Shown piece by piece: positions 1-8,980 of a DNA stretch of 64,000 nt. Position 1 is the stretch's first letter; the number at the start of each line of letters is the position of its first letter. Below the pieces are notes generated by a model that made no database searches, was not told the DNA's origin, and worked only from the letters and a program-made list of their open reading frames with translations. This DNA comes from Candidatus Falkowbacteria bacterium (GTDB lineage Bacteria > Patescibacteriota > Patescibacteriia > Patescibacteriales > UBA12465): assembly GCA_016432645.1 (NCBI GenBank), contig CP066698.1:197062-261061 (forward strand), written 5' to 3'. A program made the position numbers and the translations under genes.

Positions 1-1081
1 AAGCAAACCCACTCCGGAAACAATCGCCGAAATGAAAACTTTAGGCGAAAGAATTAAGAAATTGGAAGAAGATTTGAATACGACGGAAACAGAGTTTTTG
101 GAAGCTATGTCAGAATTGCCAAATATACCGGCCGCTGATGTCTTGCCGGGAGGTAAAGAAAATAATGAGGTTATCCATACTTATGGCCAAAAACCAAAGT
201 TTGATTTCGAGCCCAAGGATCACGTCGAACTAGCAACTTCCTTAGGTTTAGTCGATTATGAGCGGGCGGCGAAAATGTCCGGTTCTGGCTTCTGGTGCTA
301 TACCGGAGTCGGGGCGCAATTAGAATGGGCCTTGCTTAATTATTTTATTGATTTTCATACCAAGAATGGCTATCAATTCTTGATTCCACCATTTTTACTG
401 ACTGAAAAGTCAGCTTATACTTCCGGACATCTGCCGAAATTCCGCGATGATTTATTTTGGACTCAGGATGCACTCTGCTTGAATGCCACCAGTGAGATGA
501 TGCTGGGTAATTATCATCGCGATGAAATCTTACCGATTGAAGAACTGCCTAAAAAATATTTTGCCTACTCGGCTTGTTTTAGAAGGGAAGCGGGTAGTTA
601 TCGCCAGGAAGAGCGCGGTATGATTCGTGGCCATCAGTTCAATAAAATTGAAATGTTTATTTTTTCTAAACCGGAAGAAAGCTGGAAAATGTTTGCTGAG
701 ATGGTTAATAATGCCCAAAAGTTGATGGAGGGTTTAAATCTTAATTTCCAAATTTCTAAATTGGCAGCGGGTGATGCCAGCGCCGCGATGGCTAAGACTT
801 ATGACATTGAAGTTTATATACCAAGCATGGGTATTTATAAGGAAGTTAGCAGCGCCTCTAACGCCCTTGATTACCAGGCGCGTCGCGGACAAGTTCGTTA
901 TAAAAATCCCGCGACCGGCAAGAATGAATTTGTCCATACTCTAAATGCTTCCGGTTTGGCGACTAGCCGCTTGTTACCGGCGATTTTAGAGCAAAACCAA
1001 CAGGCTGACGGCTCGGTTATTATTCCAAAAGTTTTGCGCCAGTATTTACCGAAGAGGATGAAAGTAATCAAAAAAGCTTAA
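1..1081 (+). CDS. serS: Serine--tRNA ligase, 5'-truncated by window edge
   Basis: Class II aaRS motifs FRREAGSY, GMIRGHQFNKIE, EVSSASN and VHTLNASGLATSRL. Most of the N-terminal coiled arm lies outside the window. Confidence 0.97.
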   Translation, partial: SKPTPETIAEMKTLGERIKKLEEDLNTTETEFLEAMSELPNIPAADVLPGGKENNEVIHTYGQKPKFDFEPKDHVELATSLGLVDYERAAKMSGSGFWCYTGVGAQLEWALLNYFIDFHTKNGYQFLIPPFLLTEKSAYTSGHLPKFRDDLFWTQDALCLNATSEMMLGNYHRDEILPIEELPKKYFAYSACFRREAGSYRQEERGMIRGHQFNKIEMFIFSKPEESWKMFAEMVNNAQKLMEGLNLNFQISKLAAGDASAAMAKTYDIEVYIPSMGIYKEVSSASNALDYQARRGQVRYKNPATGKNEFVHTLNASGLATSRLLPAILEQNQQADGSVIIPKVLRQYLPKRMKVIKKA

Positions 1082-1084
1082 ATC

Positions 1085-3112
1085 ATGAAAAAAATTATTG
1101 GTTTTTTACTTTTAGTTTTGGCATTGTATCCGCTTAATTTGCAGGCGGCTAGCCTTAAAAGCGTCTATCCGCGTTTAGCCAACTATTATTTGAGATGGGA
1201 ATTAAGTTTAGATGAAGCTCGGCAGTTGGCCAAGTGGGATTTATTAGTTTTAGATATGGAAGTGCAAGAAAATAGTCCCGAGGCCATTGATTTAATTAGA
1301 GAATTAAATCCGCAAGTAATCATTTTAGCTTACATTACTTCGCAAGAAATTATTGATGGTATCGAAAATTCCGCGGGCGGGACTAATGCTTATTTGCGCA
1401 GCGAGCTTAGCCGCAACATTGATGCTTCTTGGTGGTTGAAAGATCAGCAGGGAAATCGCGTTTCTAATTGGCCCTATACCTACATGCTGAACCTCTCCGA
1501 TGGCGCCGGCAAAAATTCAGCTAATCAGCACTTTAATGATTATTTGCCGGAGTTTGTTAACAATAAATTAGCGCAGAGTGGTTTTTTTGATGGAGTTTTT
1601 TATGATAATACTTGGGGTGATATTGCCTGGGTAAATAACGGTAATCTTGATGTAAATAATGACGGCCAAAAGGATACTGTTGCTCAGGCCAATAGTCTTT
1701 GGTCATCCGGCTTTAAAAAAATGCTCGAAAAAACTAGAGCTTTGGTCGGTGATGATTTTATTATTGCCGGCAACGGAAATATTTTTGCTGATTACCAAAA
1801 AATAATTAACGGCATGATGCTAGAATCCTTCCCCTCAAGTTGGGAAAATGGCGGCACTTGGGCTGGTTCCATGGAAAGTTATTTAAAATTTCCCGCCCTC
1901 AACCGCTACCCCCAAGTGCCGATTATTAATGTTAATAAAAAAAATCAATTTGATTATAGTGCCTTCCGTTTTGGATTAACGAGTACGCTTCTGGGGAATG
2001 GTTTTTATAGCTTTGATTATGATACTACAGCTCATGATCAGCTATGGTGGTATGACGAATATGATATAAATTTGGGTCCCGCCAGAAGCGCGGCCTATAA
2101 TCTGCTAGATATCAATAATCCGGTCTGGAAGTCCGGACTCTGGCGCCGCGATTTTAAATATGGTTCCGTGATTGTTAATTCTACCGCTAGCAGCCAGCAA
2201 TATATTTTTAAACAGGAGGAATTTGAAAAGCTTAAAGGCTTGCAAAATCCGTTGTTCAATAATGGCCAGAAAATCAGCTATTTAAAACTAGCACCCAAGG
2301 ATGGCGCCGTATTGCTCAAAAAATCAGATAGCATCGTCAATGCAACTTTTGTTAATGGTTATTTTTACCGTTTTTTTAACCTCCAGGGACAGCAAGTAAA
2401 AAATGGTGCCTTCTCCTATTCCAATGCGTATCCGGCGGGCGAGCAGGTGATAATTGCCGATGGCAACCAAAGTGAAATCGAGGATGTTAACATGTATACT
2501 AAAAGCGGGCAAGTTGTTTTAGGAAAAAATGGTACTAAGCTATCTTCATTCTATCCTTATGGTTCACTTTTTCGCAGACAACTTAATTTGGCAGCGGAAA
2601 TTAATGACGGTTATTTTAAACTAGCCGTTACCGGCCCGACAGCTGGCGGCGGTCCGCAAGTAATGGTCTATAGCGCTGATGGAAAATTAAAAAATAGTTT
2701 TTTTGCTTATGATAAAAAATTACGCGGCGGCGTCAGCGTCGCGCTCGGCGATGTGGATGGCGACGGTCAAACGGAAGTTATTACCGGCGCCGGCAAAGGC
2801 GATGAACCAACAGTTAAGATATTTACAATCAGTGGCAAATTAGAAAATAGTTTCTTAGCTTATGATAAGCGCTTTAAGGGCGGCATAGAAATTGCGGTTG
2901 GCGATGTGGATGGCGACGGCCAAGCGGATATTGTCACCGGACCCGGACCAAGCGGCGGTCCGCATGTACGCATTTTTTCCGGGAGCGGTGAATTGATGGC
3001 ACAGTTTTTTGCTTTTAACGCTTCTTATCATGATGGTTTAAAAATTTCTTTAAGCGATGTTAATTATGATGGTACCTTAGAAATTTTAACCGGTGTTAAA
3101 AATTTCTATTAA
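1085..3112 (+). CDS. Secreted putative glycoside hydrolase (TIM-barrel type) with C-terminal FG-GAP-like repeats
   Basis: Signal peptide ending LQA; barrel-like motifs 'NPQVIILAYI' and 'FDGVFYDN'; repeated 'GDVDGDGQ.E/DI.TG.G..GGP.V.IF' units. Confidence 0.7.
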   Translation: MKKIIGFLLLVLALYPLNLQAASLKSVYPRLANYYLRWELSLDEARQLAKWDLLVLDMEVQENSPEAIDLIRELNPQVIILAYITSQEIIDGIENSAGGTNAYLRSELSRNIDASWWLKDQQGNRVSNWPYTYMLNLSDGAGKNSANQHFNDYLPEFVNNKLAQSGFFDGVFYDNTWGDIAWVNNGNLDVNNDGQKDTVAQANSLWSSGFKKMLEKTRALVGDDFIIAGNGNIFADYQKIINGMMLESFPSSWENGGTWAGSMESYLKFPALNRYPQVPIINVNKKNQFDYSAFRFGLTSTLLGNGFYSFDYDTTAHDQLWWYDEYDINLGPARSAAYNLLDINNPVWKSGLWRRDFKYGSVIVNSTASSQQYIFKQEEFEKLKGLQNPLFNNGQKISYLKLAPKDGAVLLKKSDSIVNATFVNGYFYRFFNLQGQQVKNGAFSYSNAYPAGEQVIIADGNQSEIEDVNMYTKSGQVVLGKNGTKLSSFYPYGSLFRRQLNLAAEINDGYFKLAVTGPTAGGGPQVMVYSADGKLKNSFFAYDKKLRGGVSVALGDVDGDGQTEVITGAGKGDEPTVKIFTISGKLENSFLAYDKRFKGGIEIAVGDVDGDGQADIVTGPGPSGGPHVRIFSGSGELMAQFFAFNASYHDGLKISLSDVNYDGTLEILTGVKNFY

Positions 3113-3124
3113 TTTTTTACGCAT

Positions 3125-4213
3125 ATGTTTAAAAGAATCGGCCGCCATTTAAAATGGCGTTTGGAAAAATTTTATCGCCCTAATAAATGGCATCTGATTT
3201 TAGATATTTCTTTAATCACGGTTATTGTGACGCTCATCGCCATCGTCATTGGCCTTTATCTGTATAATCCTAAAATTGATTTACGTAAAATAAATTTACC
3301 AAATTGGATTGCCCCGGCTAATCCGCAAATAGACCTTAATAACCCGCCGCTGGCGGCGACGGTTAAAGTTTTAGAGACCGCTATTTATCCCGATTCGAGT
3401 CTTAAAATTGAAATTGCTTTAGAGAATAAAGGCGATGATGATGTAAAAAATTTGAGTCTGGATTTGGTGATTAATAACAGTTATTTTGCAATTTATAAAA
3501 TAGAAGAAGTATCACCCCAAGACCAGATTGGCGACTATCAGCTGAACATTTCCGGGACTAAGATTATGATTAGCAATTTGCCAGCGGGAATGACTGCTTC
3601 TAAAACCTTAAAGATAAATTTTAAATCCGATGTTAAGAGCGCTAATTTAATAAATTGGCAGGCTAATGTTGAATATTATTTTTATAAACAATTATTTAAA
3701 AACACCATTCCTTTATCTGATATAAAGGTGGCCGCTAAAATTCAAGCGCGCGCCGCAGTTTATTATAATAGCCCCCAAGGCGATCAATTAGGTTCCGGCC
3801 CACTGCCGCCAGTCGTTGATTTGCCGACCGATTTTTGGGTATTTTTTAAAGCTGAGCCGACCGGCGACTTTAATAATTTTGTGATGAGCGCCAAATTACC
3901 GGACAATGTCTCTTTTACTGACAATTCTTCGCTGTTAGCTGGTAATTTAATTTATAATAAAGATACGCGCCAGGTAATTTGGAAGGTGGATAGTTTAAGC
4001 GCCGGTAGCGATAATTATCGGGCTGGGTTTGAATTAGAGCTGGTTCCGGAGACTAAGCAGGTCGGAAAAAATGCGCTCCTGGCCGGCGATATTCGTTTTC
4101 AGGCGGAAGATATTTTTAGCGGTTTGAATGATAATGGAAAAATTGAATCCCTTGATACCAGCTTAAATGAAGACCTAGTTAATAAAGGGAATGGCCAAGT
4201 AATTAGCGAATAA
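3125..4213 (+). CDS. Membrane-anchored hypothetical protein with Ig-like/DUF11-like beta domains
   Basis: One N-terminal TM helix and a beta-rich remainder ('AKLPDNVSFT', 'QVIWKVDSL'). Confidence 0.55.
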   Translation: MFKRIGRHLKWRLEKFYRPNKWHLILDISLITVIVTLIAIVIGLYLYNPKIDLRKINLPNWIAPANPQIDLNNPPLAATVKVLETAIYPDSSLKIEIALENKGDDDVKNLSLDLVINNSYFAIYKIEEVSPQDQIGDYQLNISGTKIMISNLPAGMTASKTLKINFKSDVKSANLINWQANVEYYFYKQLFKNTIPLSDIKVAAKIQARAAVYYNSPQGDQLGSGPLPPVVDLPTDFWVFFKAEPTGDFNNFVMSAKLPDNVSFTDNSSLLAGNLIYNKDTRQVIWKVDSLSAGSDNYRAGFELELVPETKQVGKNALLAGDIRFQAEDIFSGLNDNGKIESLDTSLNEDLVNKGNGQVISE

Positions 4214-4219
4214 AATTTT

Positions 4220-5377
4220 ATGCTGGACATAATTAGAAAAATAATTAAGCCGAAATACGAAACTTTAAATTGGCTGGAAATTGATGCCGGCAAAATTATC
4301 GCTAATTATAATTACCTAAAAAGCCTTCAAAGAGAGGCTGAGGTTTTTCCGGTGTTAAAAGCGAACGCCTATGGGCATGGCTTAAAAGAAATTTGCCAAA
4401 TTTTAAATAAAACCACGGCTAAAATGGTCGTAGTTGATTCTTATCCGGAGGCTCAAATCGCTTATCGCTATTTTAAAGGCCGAGTTTTAATTTTAGGAGA
4501 AATGCCGCTAGGCGCTTACCGTTATACTAAATTAAAAAGGACTGAGTTTGTAGTTTATAATGAGGAGACCTTAAGATATTTATCGCGCTTTGGAAATCGG
4601 GTTCATATTCATTTGTTTATTAATTCCGGCATGAACAGGGAAGGGATAAAAGATATCCGCAGCTTTATTAATAATAATAAGAAATATCTTGATAAAATAA
4701 AACTAAGCGGCCTCTGCTCTCATTTAGCCGCTGCCGATAGCACTTCAATTTTAAATGCCACCCAAGAAGATGCTTTTATGGACGCGCTTGATGTTTTAAA
4801 AATAGCTGGTTATTTTCCGCGCTGGGTTCACCTCGGAAATTCAGCGGCCATTTTTAAAACTGATAATAAATTTTTAACTGCGTATCGTCCCGGCTTAGCT
4901 CTTTATGGCTATAGTCCTTTTATGGCGGACGACGAACAGGAAACTAAATTACAGCCGGCCTTAGAATTATTTTCCCGAATAGTCTCTGTTCAAAGCCTGC
5001 GCGCCAACGAAAGCGTTTCTTACAATGAAACCTACCGCGCCTCGCAAGATACCAAAATTGCCACGATTCCTTTTGGTTATTTTGAAGGCTTGGACCGGCG
5101 GCTTTCTAATAAGGCGGAATTCTTAATTTTAAGCCAACGAAATTTTTGGGCGCGAATCGCCGGGCGAGTATGCATGAATTTAAGTTCCCTGGAAATTAAA
5201 AATAATGAAGTTAAGATCGGCGATAAGGTTAAGCTAATAAGCAATAATCCCGACGAGCCTAATTCCATTGCTCATCTAGCAAGCCTAATGGGAACGATTT
5301 CCTATGAACTACTTGTAAAAATACAGGCCAATATTAGGCGTTATATAATAAATAATCCTAAAAATAAAAATGCATAA
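4220..5377 (+). CDS. alr: Alanine racemase
   Basis: PLP lysine motif VLKANAYGHG, plus SGMNREG, VSYN and GRVCMN. Confidence 0.95.
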   Translation: MLDIIRKIIKPKYETLNWLEIDAGKIIANYNYLKSLQREAEVFPVLKANAYGHGLKEICQILNKTTAKMVVVDSYPEAQIAYRYFKGRVLILGEMPLGAYRYTKLKRTEFVVYNEETLRYLSRFGNRVHIHLFINSGMNREGIKDIRSFINNNKKYLDKIKLSGLCSHLAAADSTSILNATQEDAFMDALDVLKIAGYFPRWVHLGNSAAIFKTDNKFLTAYRPGLALYGYSPFMADDEQETKLQPALELFSRIVSVQSLRANESVSYNETYRASQDTKIATIPFGYFEGLDRRLSNKAEFLILSQRNFWARIAGRVCMNLSSLEIKNNEVKIGDKVKLISNNPDEPNSIAHLASLMGTISYELLVKIQANIRRYIINNPKNKNA

Positions 5378-6218
5378 ATGGCAAGGAAAAAATAAGCGCA
5401 TCAAAAAAGATTACCAGTGTAAGAATTTAAAGAATCCTTTTTTTCGGAAAAAAGAAAAGCCAAAAAACGTTGGTTTAAAAAAATATTTTTTGATTTTAAT
5501 TTTGGCGGCGATTATCGCTTTGGTTTGGTTTTTTTTAGCCTCCTCTTTTTGGCGTTTAAAAAATATTGAAATTGAGGGCTTAACCAGGTTCGATTCGTCG
5601 GAAATTAAAAATATTATTTTGGCCAGGGAAGGCGAGAGGCGCTGGTTATTTTTTAGAGAAAGTAATTTTTTTCTTTTTCAAACAGAAGAAGTGCAGTTAG
5701 AAATTTTAAATAAATATAATTTTGCTGATTTGCAGGTTAATAAAAAAATCCCGGGAACGATAAAACTGAAAATAAGTGAACGCCCTTATTCTTTTATTTT
5801 TCAAGAGGGAAGTAATTATTTTTATGCCGCCAGCGATGGCTATGTTATCAAAGAGATACCGGTTAGCCCCGATGATATGCTTAAATATTTTATTTTAGAA
5901 AATAAGAGCGATTCGGTTGCCATTAACGACCAAAATAAAATAACTTTAAAAGATGATTATTTAAAATTTATTTTAAACCTTAACCAAATTTTGACTGCTT
6001 ATCCCGATTTACCGGTAGAGAAATTTATTATCGATCAAGAGCTAAATTCGGCTATTGTTAAGTTTAAAGACGGGCCAGCCGCTTATTTCAGCACTAAAGA
6101 AGATGCCGCTGAACAGGTTGAGTATCTAGCTCTTGTCAAAAAGGAAAAAATAAGGGATAATTTTAACAAGACTAATTACATTGATTTGCGTTACGGTAGT
6201 CGAATTTTTATCAATTAA
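5370..6218 (+). CDS. ftsQ: FtsQ/DivIB-type cell division protein (POTRA)
   Basis: Basic N-terminus, a TM helix, 'LKNIEIEG', 'PGTIKLKISER' and C-terminal YIDLRY. Confidence 0.85.
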   Translation: MHKWQGKNKRIKKDYQCKNLKNPFFRKKEKPKNVGLKKYFLILILAAIIALVWFFLASSFWRLKNIEIEGLTRFDSSEIKNIILAREGERRWLFFRESNFFLFQTEEVQLEILNKYNFADLQVNKKIPGTIKLKISERPYSFIFQEGSNYFYAASDGYVIKEIPVSPDDMLKYFILENKSDSVAINDQNKITLKDDYLKFILNLNQILTAYPDLPVEKFIIDQELNSAIVKFKDGPAAYFSTKEDAAEQVEYLALVKKEKIRDNFNKTNYIDLRYGSRIFIN

Positions 6219-6223
6219 GATGT

Positions 6224-6364
6224 ATGGAAGGAGCCTTTAAATTTCTATTTGGTTTAGCTATCTTCATTTTCGGTTTAGTTTCGGCTGGAATATTTCTCCT
6301 AGTTATTAAGATTATTTTGTTATTTCAACCCCAAGTCCATTTTATGGGCTTATTAATAAGTTAG
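6224..6364 (+). CDS. Small 46-aa membrane protein (not in the ORF track)
   Basis: ATG 5 nt after the ftsQ stop. Translates to MEGAFKFLFGLAIFIFGLVSAGIFLLVIKIILLFQPQVHFMGLLIS, which is strongly hydrophobic. Confidence 0.6.
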   Translation: MEGAFKFLFGLAIFIFGLVSAGIFLLVIKIILLFQPQVHFMGLLIS

Positions 6365-6474
6365 AATTTTTCTTTAAAATATTGCCCGGAGTTGTTTTCA
6401 TTAAATTAAGTTTTTTAGGTTATGTTTATTTGTTTTTAATTGTGTTTAAGTTGATTGTTTTTTATCTTTATATA

Positions 6475-6508
6475 AAGAAGAGGCCCACCGGGTAGACCTC
6501 TTTTTTTC
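6475..6508 (+). terminator. Probable intrinsic terminator of the serS-ftsQ unit
   Basis: AAGAGG...CCTCTT stem followed by a T run. Confidence 0.55.
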
Positions 6509-6519
6509 TCCTTCATTAT

Positions 6520-6547
6520 AGGTGTATTAATATACATTATGCGAAGT
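6520..6547 (-). other. dif-like chromosome dimer resolution site
   Basis: Minus strand reads ACTTCGCATAA-TGTATA-TTAATACACCT (11-6-11). One arm and the spacer match canonical dif. It lies 86 bp upstream of xer, near the gene-orientation switch. Confidence 0.8.
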
Positions 6548-6633
6548 ATTGATATGCCTGAAATATGGCCTTTTTGGGGCTTTTGGCTACTCTACCCCTC
6601 GGTTATTAATAAAAAAACTGCTATAATTAAAAC

Positions 6634-7590
6634 ATGGAAAATAAACCAATAATTAAATATTTAATTGACTTCCTCGATTTCTGTGAGATTGAAAAAGGAT
6701 TATCGACTAAGACTCAAGAAAATTATACCCGCTTCCTAAGGAAGTTTTTTGGCTGGCTCAAAGAGTCTCAACTTGAGGCCCTAAAGCCCTCTCAGCTGAC
6801 CCCAGACCATGTTTGGCGCTATAAAGTCTATCTTTCCCGGCACATAGACCCTAAGACCAAAAAGACCCTAAAAAAGACGACTCAGAACTACTATTTAATA
6901 GCCCTGAGGTCGCTACTAGGCTTCTTTGTTGAAAAAGACATTTCTTCCCTGTCGCCTTCAAAAATAAAACTAGCGAAGGATAAGGCGGATAAAGAAATAA
7001 AATTTTTAACGCTGGAACAATTAAAAAATCTTTTAGCCGCGCCAGATTCATCTATCATTGGTTTGCGTGATAAAGCGCTTCTAGAAACCCTATTTTCTAC
7101 CGGGCTGCGGGTAGCCGAACTAGCCGCTTTGAACCGCGATCAGGTTAGGATTAAGGACAATACGGATGAGTTGGAAATTGCCGTCATTGGCAAAGGCTCT
7201 AAGATTCGTACTGTTTATTTTTCCAAAAGAGCGGTATCTTCCCTGCGCAATTATTTAAAAAAACGCTTTGATTTGGATGAGGCATTATTTATTAATTATA
7301 AACGCGGCTGGGAAAAAAACTTAAGCGACAAATCACGCCGTCTGACGGTTAAAAGCATTGAAGATATTGTTAAAAAATACGTGGTAATTACCGGTTTGCC
7401 AGTCATGGCCACGCCCCATACTTTGAGGCACTCCTTTGCCACTGACCTGCTTAATCAAGGCGTTGATTTGCGCACTGTTCAAGAATTCTTGGGCCATAGC
7501 AACATTGCTACCACCCAAATTTACACGCACGTGACCAATAAACAGCTCAAGGATATTCATAAGAAAGTTCACGATAGTCATCATTTTTAA
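6634..7590 (+). CDS. xerC: Xer-family tyrosine recombinase
   Basis: Catalytic residues in TGLRVAEL, GKGSKIR, HTLRHSFAT and LGHSNIATTQIYTHV; N-terminal core-binding domain. Confidence 0.92.
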   Translation: MENKPIIKYLIDFLDFCEIEKGLSTKTQENYTRFLRKFFGWLKESQLEALKPSQLTPDHVWRYKVYLSRHIDPKTKKTLKKTTQNYYLIALRSLLGFFVEKDISSLSPSKIKLAKDKADKEIKFLTLEQLKNLLAAPDSSIIGLRDKALLETLFSTGLRVAELAALNRDQVRIKDNTDELEIAVIGKGSKIRTVYFSKRAVSSLRNYLKKRFDLDEALFINYKRGWEKNLSDKSRRLTVKSIEDIVKKYVVITGLPVMATPHTLRHSFATDLLNQGVDLRTVQEFLGHSNIATTQIYTHVTNKQLKDIHKKVHDSHHF

Positions 7591-7625
7591 ATGAATATTT
7601 AAGACACTTCCCTTTTAATATTAGC

Positions 7626-7655
7626 AAAAAACACCCCAGTTCAGAGGTGTTTTTT
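7626..7655. terminator. Bidirectional intrinsic terminator between xer and the M23 peptidase
   Basis: AAAAAACACC-loop-GGTGTTTTTT between convergent genes. Confidence 0.75.
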
Positions 7656-7684
7656 ATCTAATTTTTTTCTTTATTTTAAACCTT

Positions 7685-8923
7685 TTATGGCATGTAGTTG
7701 AGCGGATTAACCGGAATACCGTTCTTTCTGACCTCAAAATGGAGATGGGGGCCAGTGGTAAATGGACCGGCGCCGGCGGTGCCTGGAGTTGCCCCGGTCT
7801 TACCAATTACCTGCCCTTTAACCACATACTGGTCAACGCTAACTGAAACGGCCGAAACGTGACCATAAACCGTGGATAGGTTGTTGCCGTGAATAATCAT
7901 AATATAGGCATAGTTCTTGGAACCATCAAACTTAACCTTAGCGACATAGCCGTCGGCTGCTGCCCTTAAAGTGCTTCCTTGAGGAGCGCGGATATCAATC
8001 GCCGGGTGTTCACCGATAATCTTACGGAAAGGATAATCCGGGTCATGGAAACCGGTGGTAATATAATTTTTAGATACTGGCCAAGCAATTACACTGTCCC
8101 CATCCTCTAGGCGGTTCTTATCTTTCTGGGACATCTTTTGGCGGATAGCATTTTCGGCATTAGCAATATCAATTTGCGCTTGTTGCTGTTCGGCGCGCGC
8201 CTTAGCTAGCAAAGATTGAAAAGCCTTTTCGGAAGACTTGGTTTCGGCTAGAATACTGGTTTTACTTTCTTGGTCAAACAAGAGTCCTTCCTTTTTTTCT
8301 TCCAACTTGATTTTTAAAGCGGCTAAGTCACCATTCTTCCCTTCCAAGACTTCTTTATTTTTATCCAGCTGTTCTTTTTGTTGCTTTAAATCATTAACAC
8401 TAGCGCCAATTTCAGTATTGGCGTCCTCTAAATATTTTACTTGATTTAAGAAATCGGACAAAGAATCATTTAATAATAAAGCTTCAAGGGCCGTTGTCTG
8501 TTCTTGTTTATAAACCAGGCGCAATAAATTAGAAATATGTAATTTCTGTTCTTCAATTTTTTTGTTCAAATTTTCGGTGTCAATTTCAATTTTTTTAATT
8601 TCTAGGTTCGTTTTATCAATTTCCAGAGTTGTTTCTTCAATATCTAGGGCTGCCTTCCCTAAGCGATTTTCAATCACGGCCAGTTGATTACTTAAACTCG
8701 CTTGATCGTTTTGTTTGGCGATTATCTGTGCTTGATATTCTTTTTGTTTGGCCTGCAAAGCGTCTATTTGTTTCTTTTGATTTTGGATCTTTATATTTAA
8801 AGCATCTATTTCTTGGTCAATATCAAGATTAATCAAGGCATTTGAGGAGTGCCCGGAGCTGATAATAAATAGACTCAAAAATATTAAAAAGGCTGATTTA
8901 AAAAGTTTATTTTTCATGTTCAC
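7685..8923 (-). CDS. M23 peptidoglycan endopeptidase with coiled coil (EnvC-like)
   Basis: Signal peptide, long coiled coil, and HPAID, YGH and TTGPHLHFEVR motifs. Confidence 0.9.
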   Translation of the reverse strand: MNMKNKLFKSAFLIFLSLFIISSGHSSNALINLDIDQEIDALNIKIQNQKKQIDALQAKQKEYQAQIIAKQNDQASLSNQLAVIENRLGKAALDIEETTLEIDKTNLEIKKIEIDTENLNKKIEEQKLHISNLLRLVYKQEQTTALEALLLNDSLSDFLNQVKYLEDANTEIGASVNDLKQQKEQLDKNKEVLEGKNGDLAALKIKLEEKKEGLLFDQESKTSILAETKSSEKAFQSLLAKARAEQQQAQIDIANAENAIRQKMSQKDKNRLEDGDSVIAWPVSKNYITTGFHDPDYPFRKIIGEHPAIDIRAPQGSTLRAAADGYVAKVKFDGSKNYAYIMIIHGNNLSTVYGHVSAVSVSVDQYVVKGQVIGKTGATPGTAGAGPFTTGPHLHFEVRKNGIPVNPLNYMP

Positions 8924-8980
8924 ATTATATCATTTTTTTGGTTTTTTGTAAAATAAAATTGGCTTAACTCCACCTTAAAA

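Noticed and set aside
2640..3070. Repeated GGCGATGTGGATGGCGACGG as CRISPR or DGR repeats
   Set aside because: These are in-frame FG-GAP coding repeats. No spacer array, cas gene or reverse transcriptase was seen in the window.
6634..7590. Prophage or island integrase
   Set aside because: No phage or mobile cargo and no att repeats. It has Xer-type motifs and an adjacent dif-like site.
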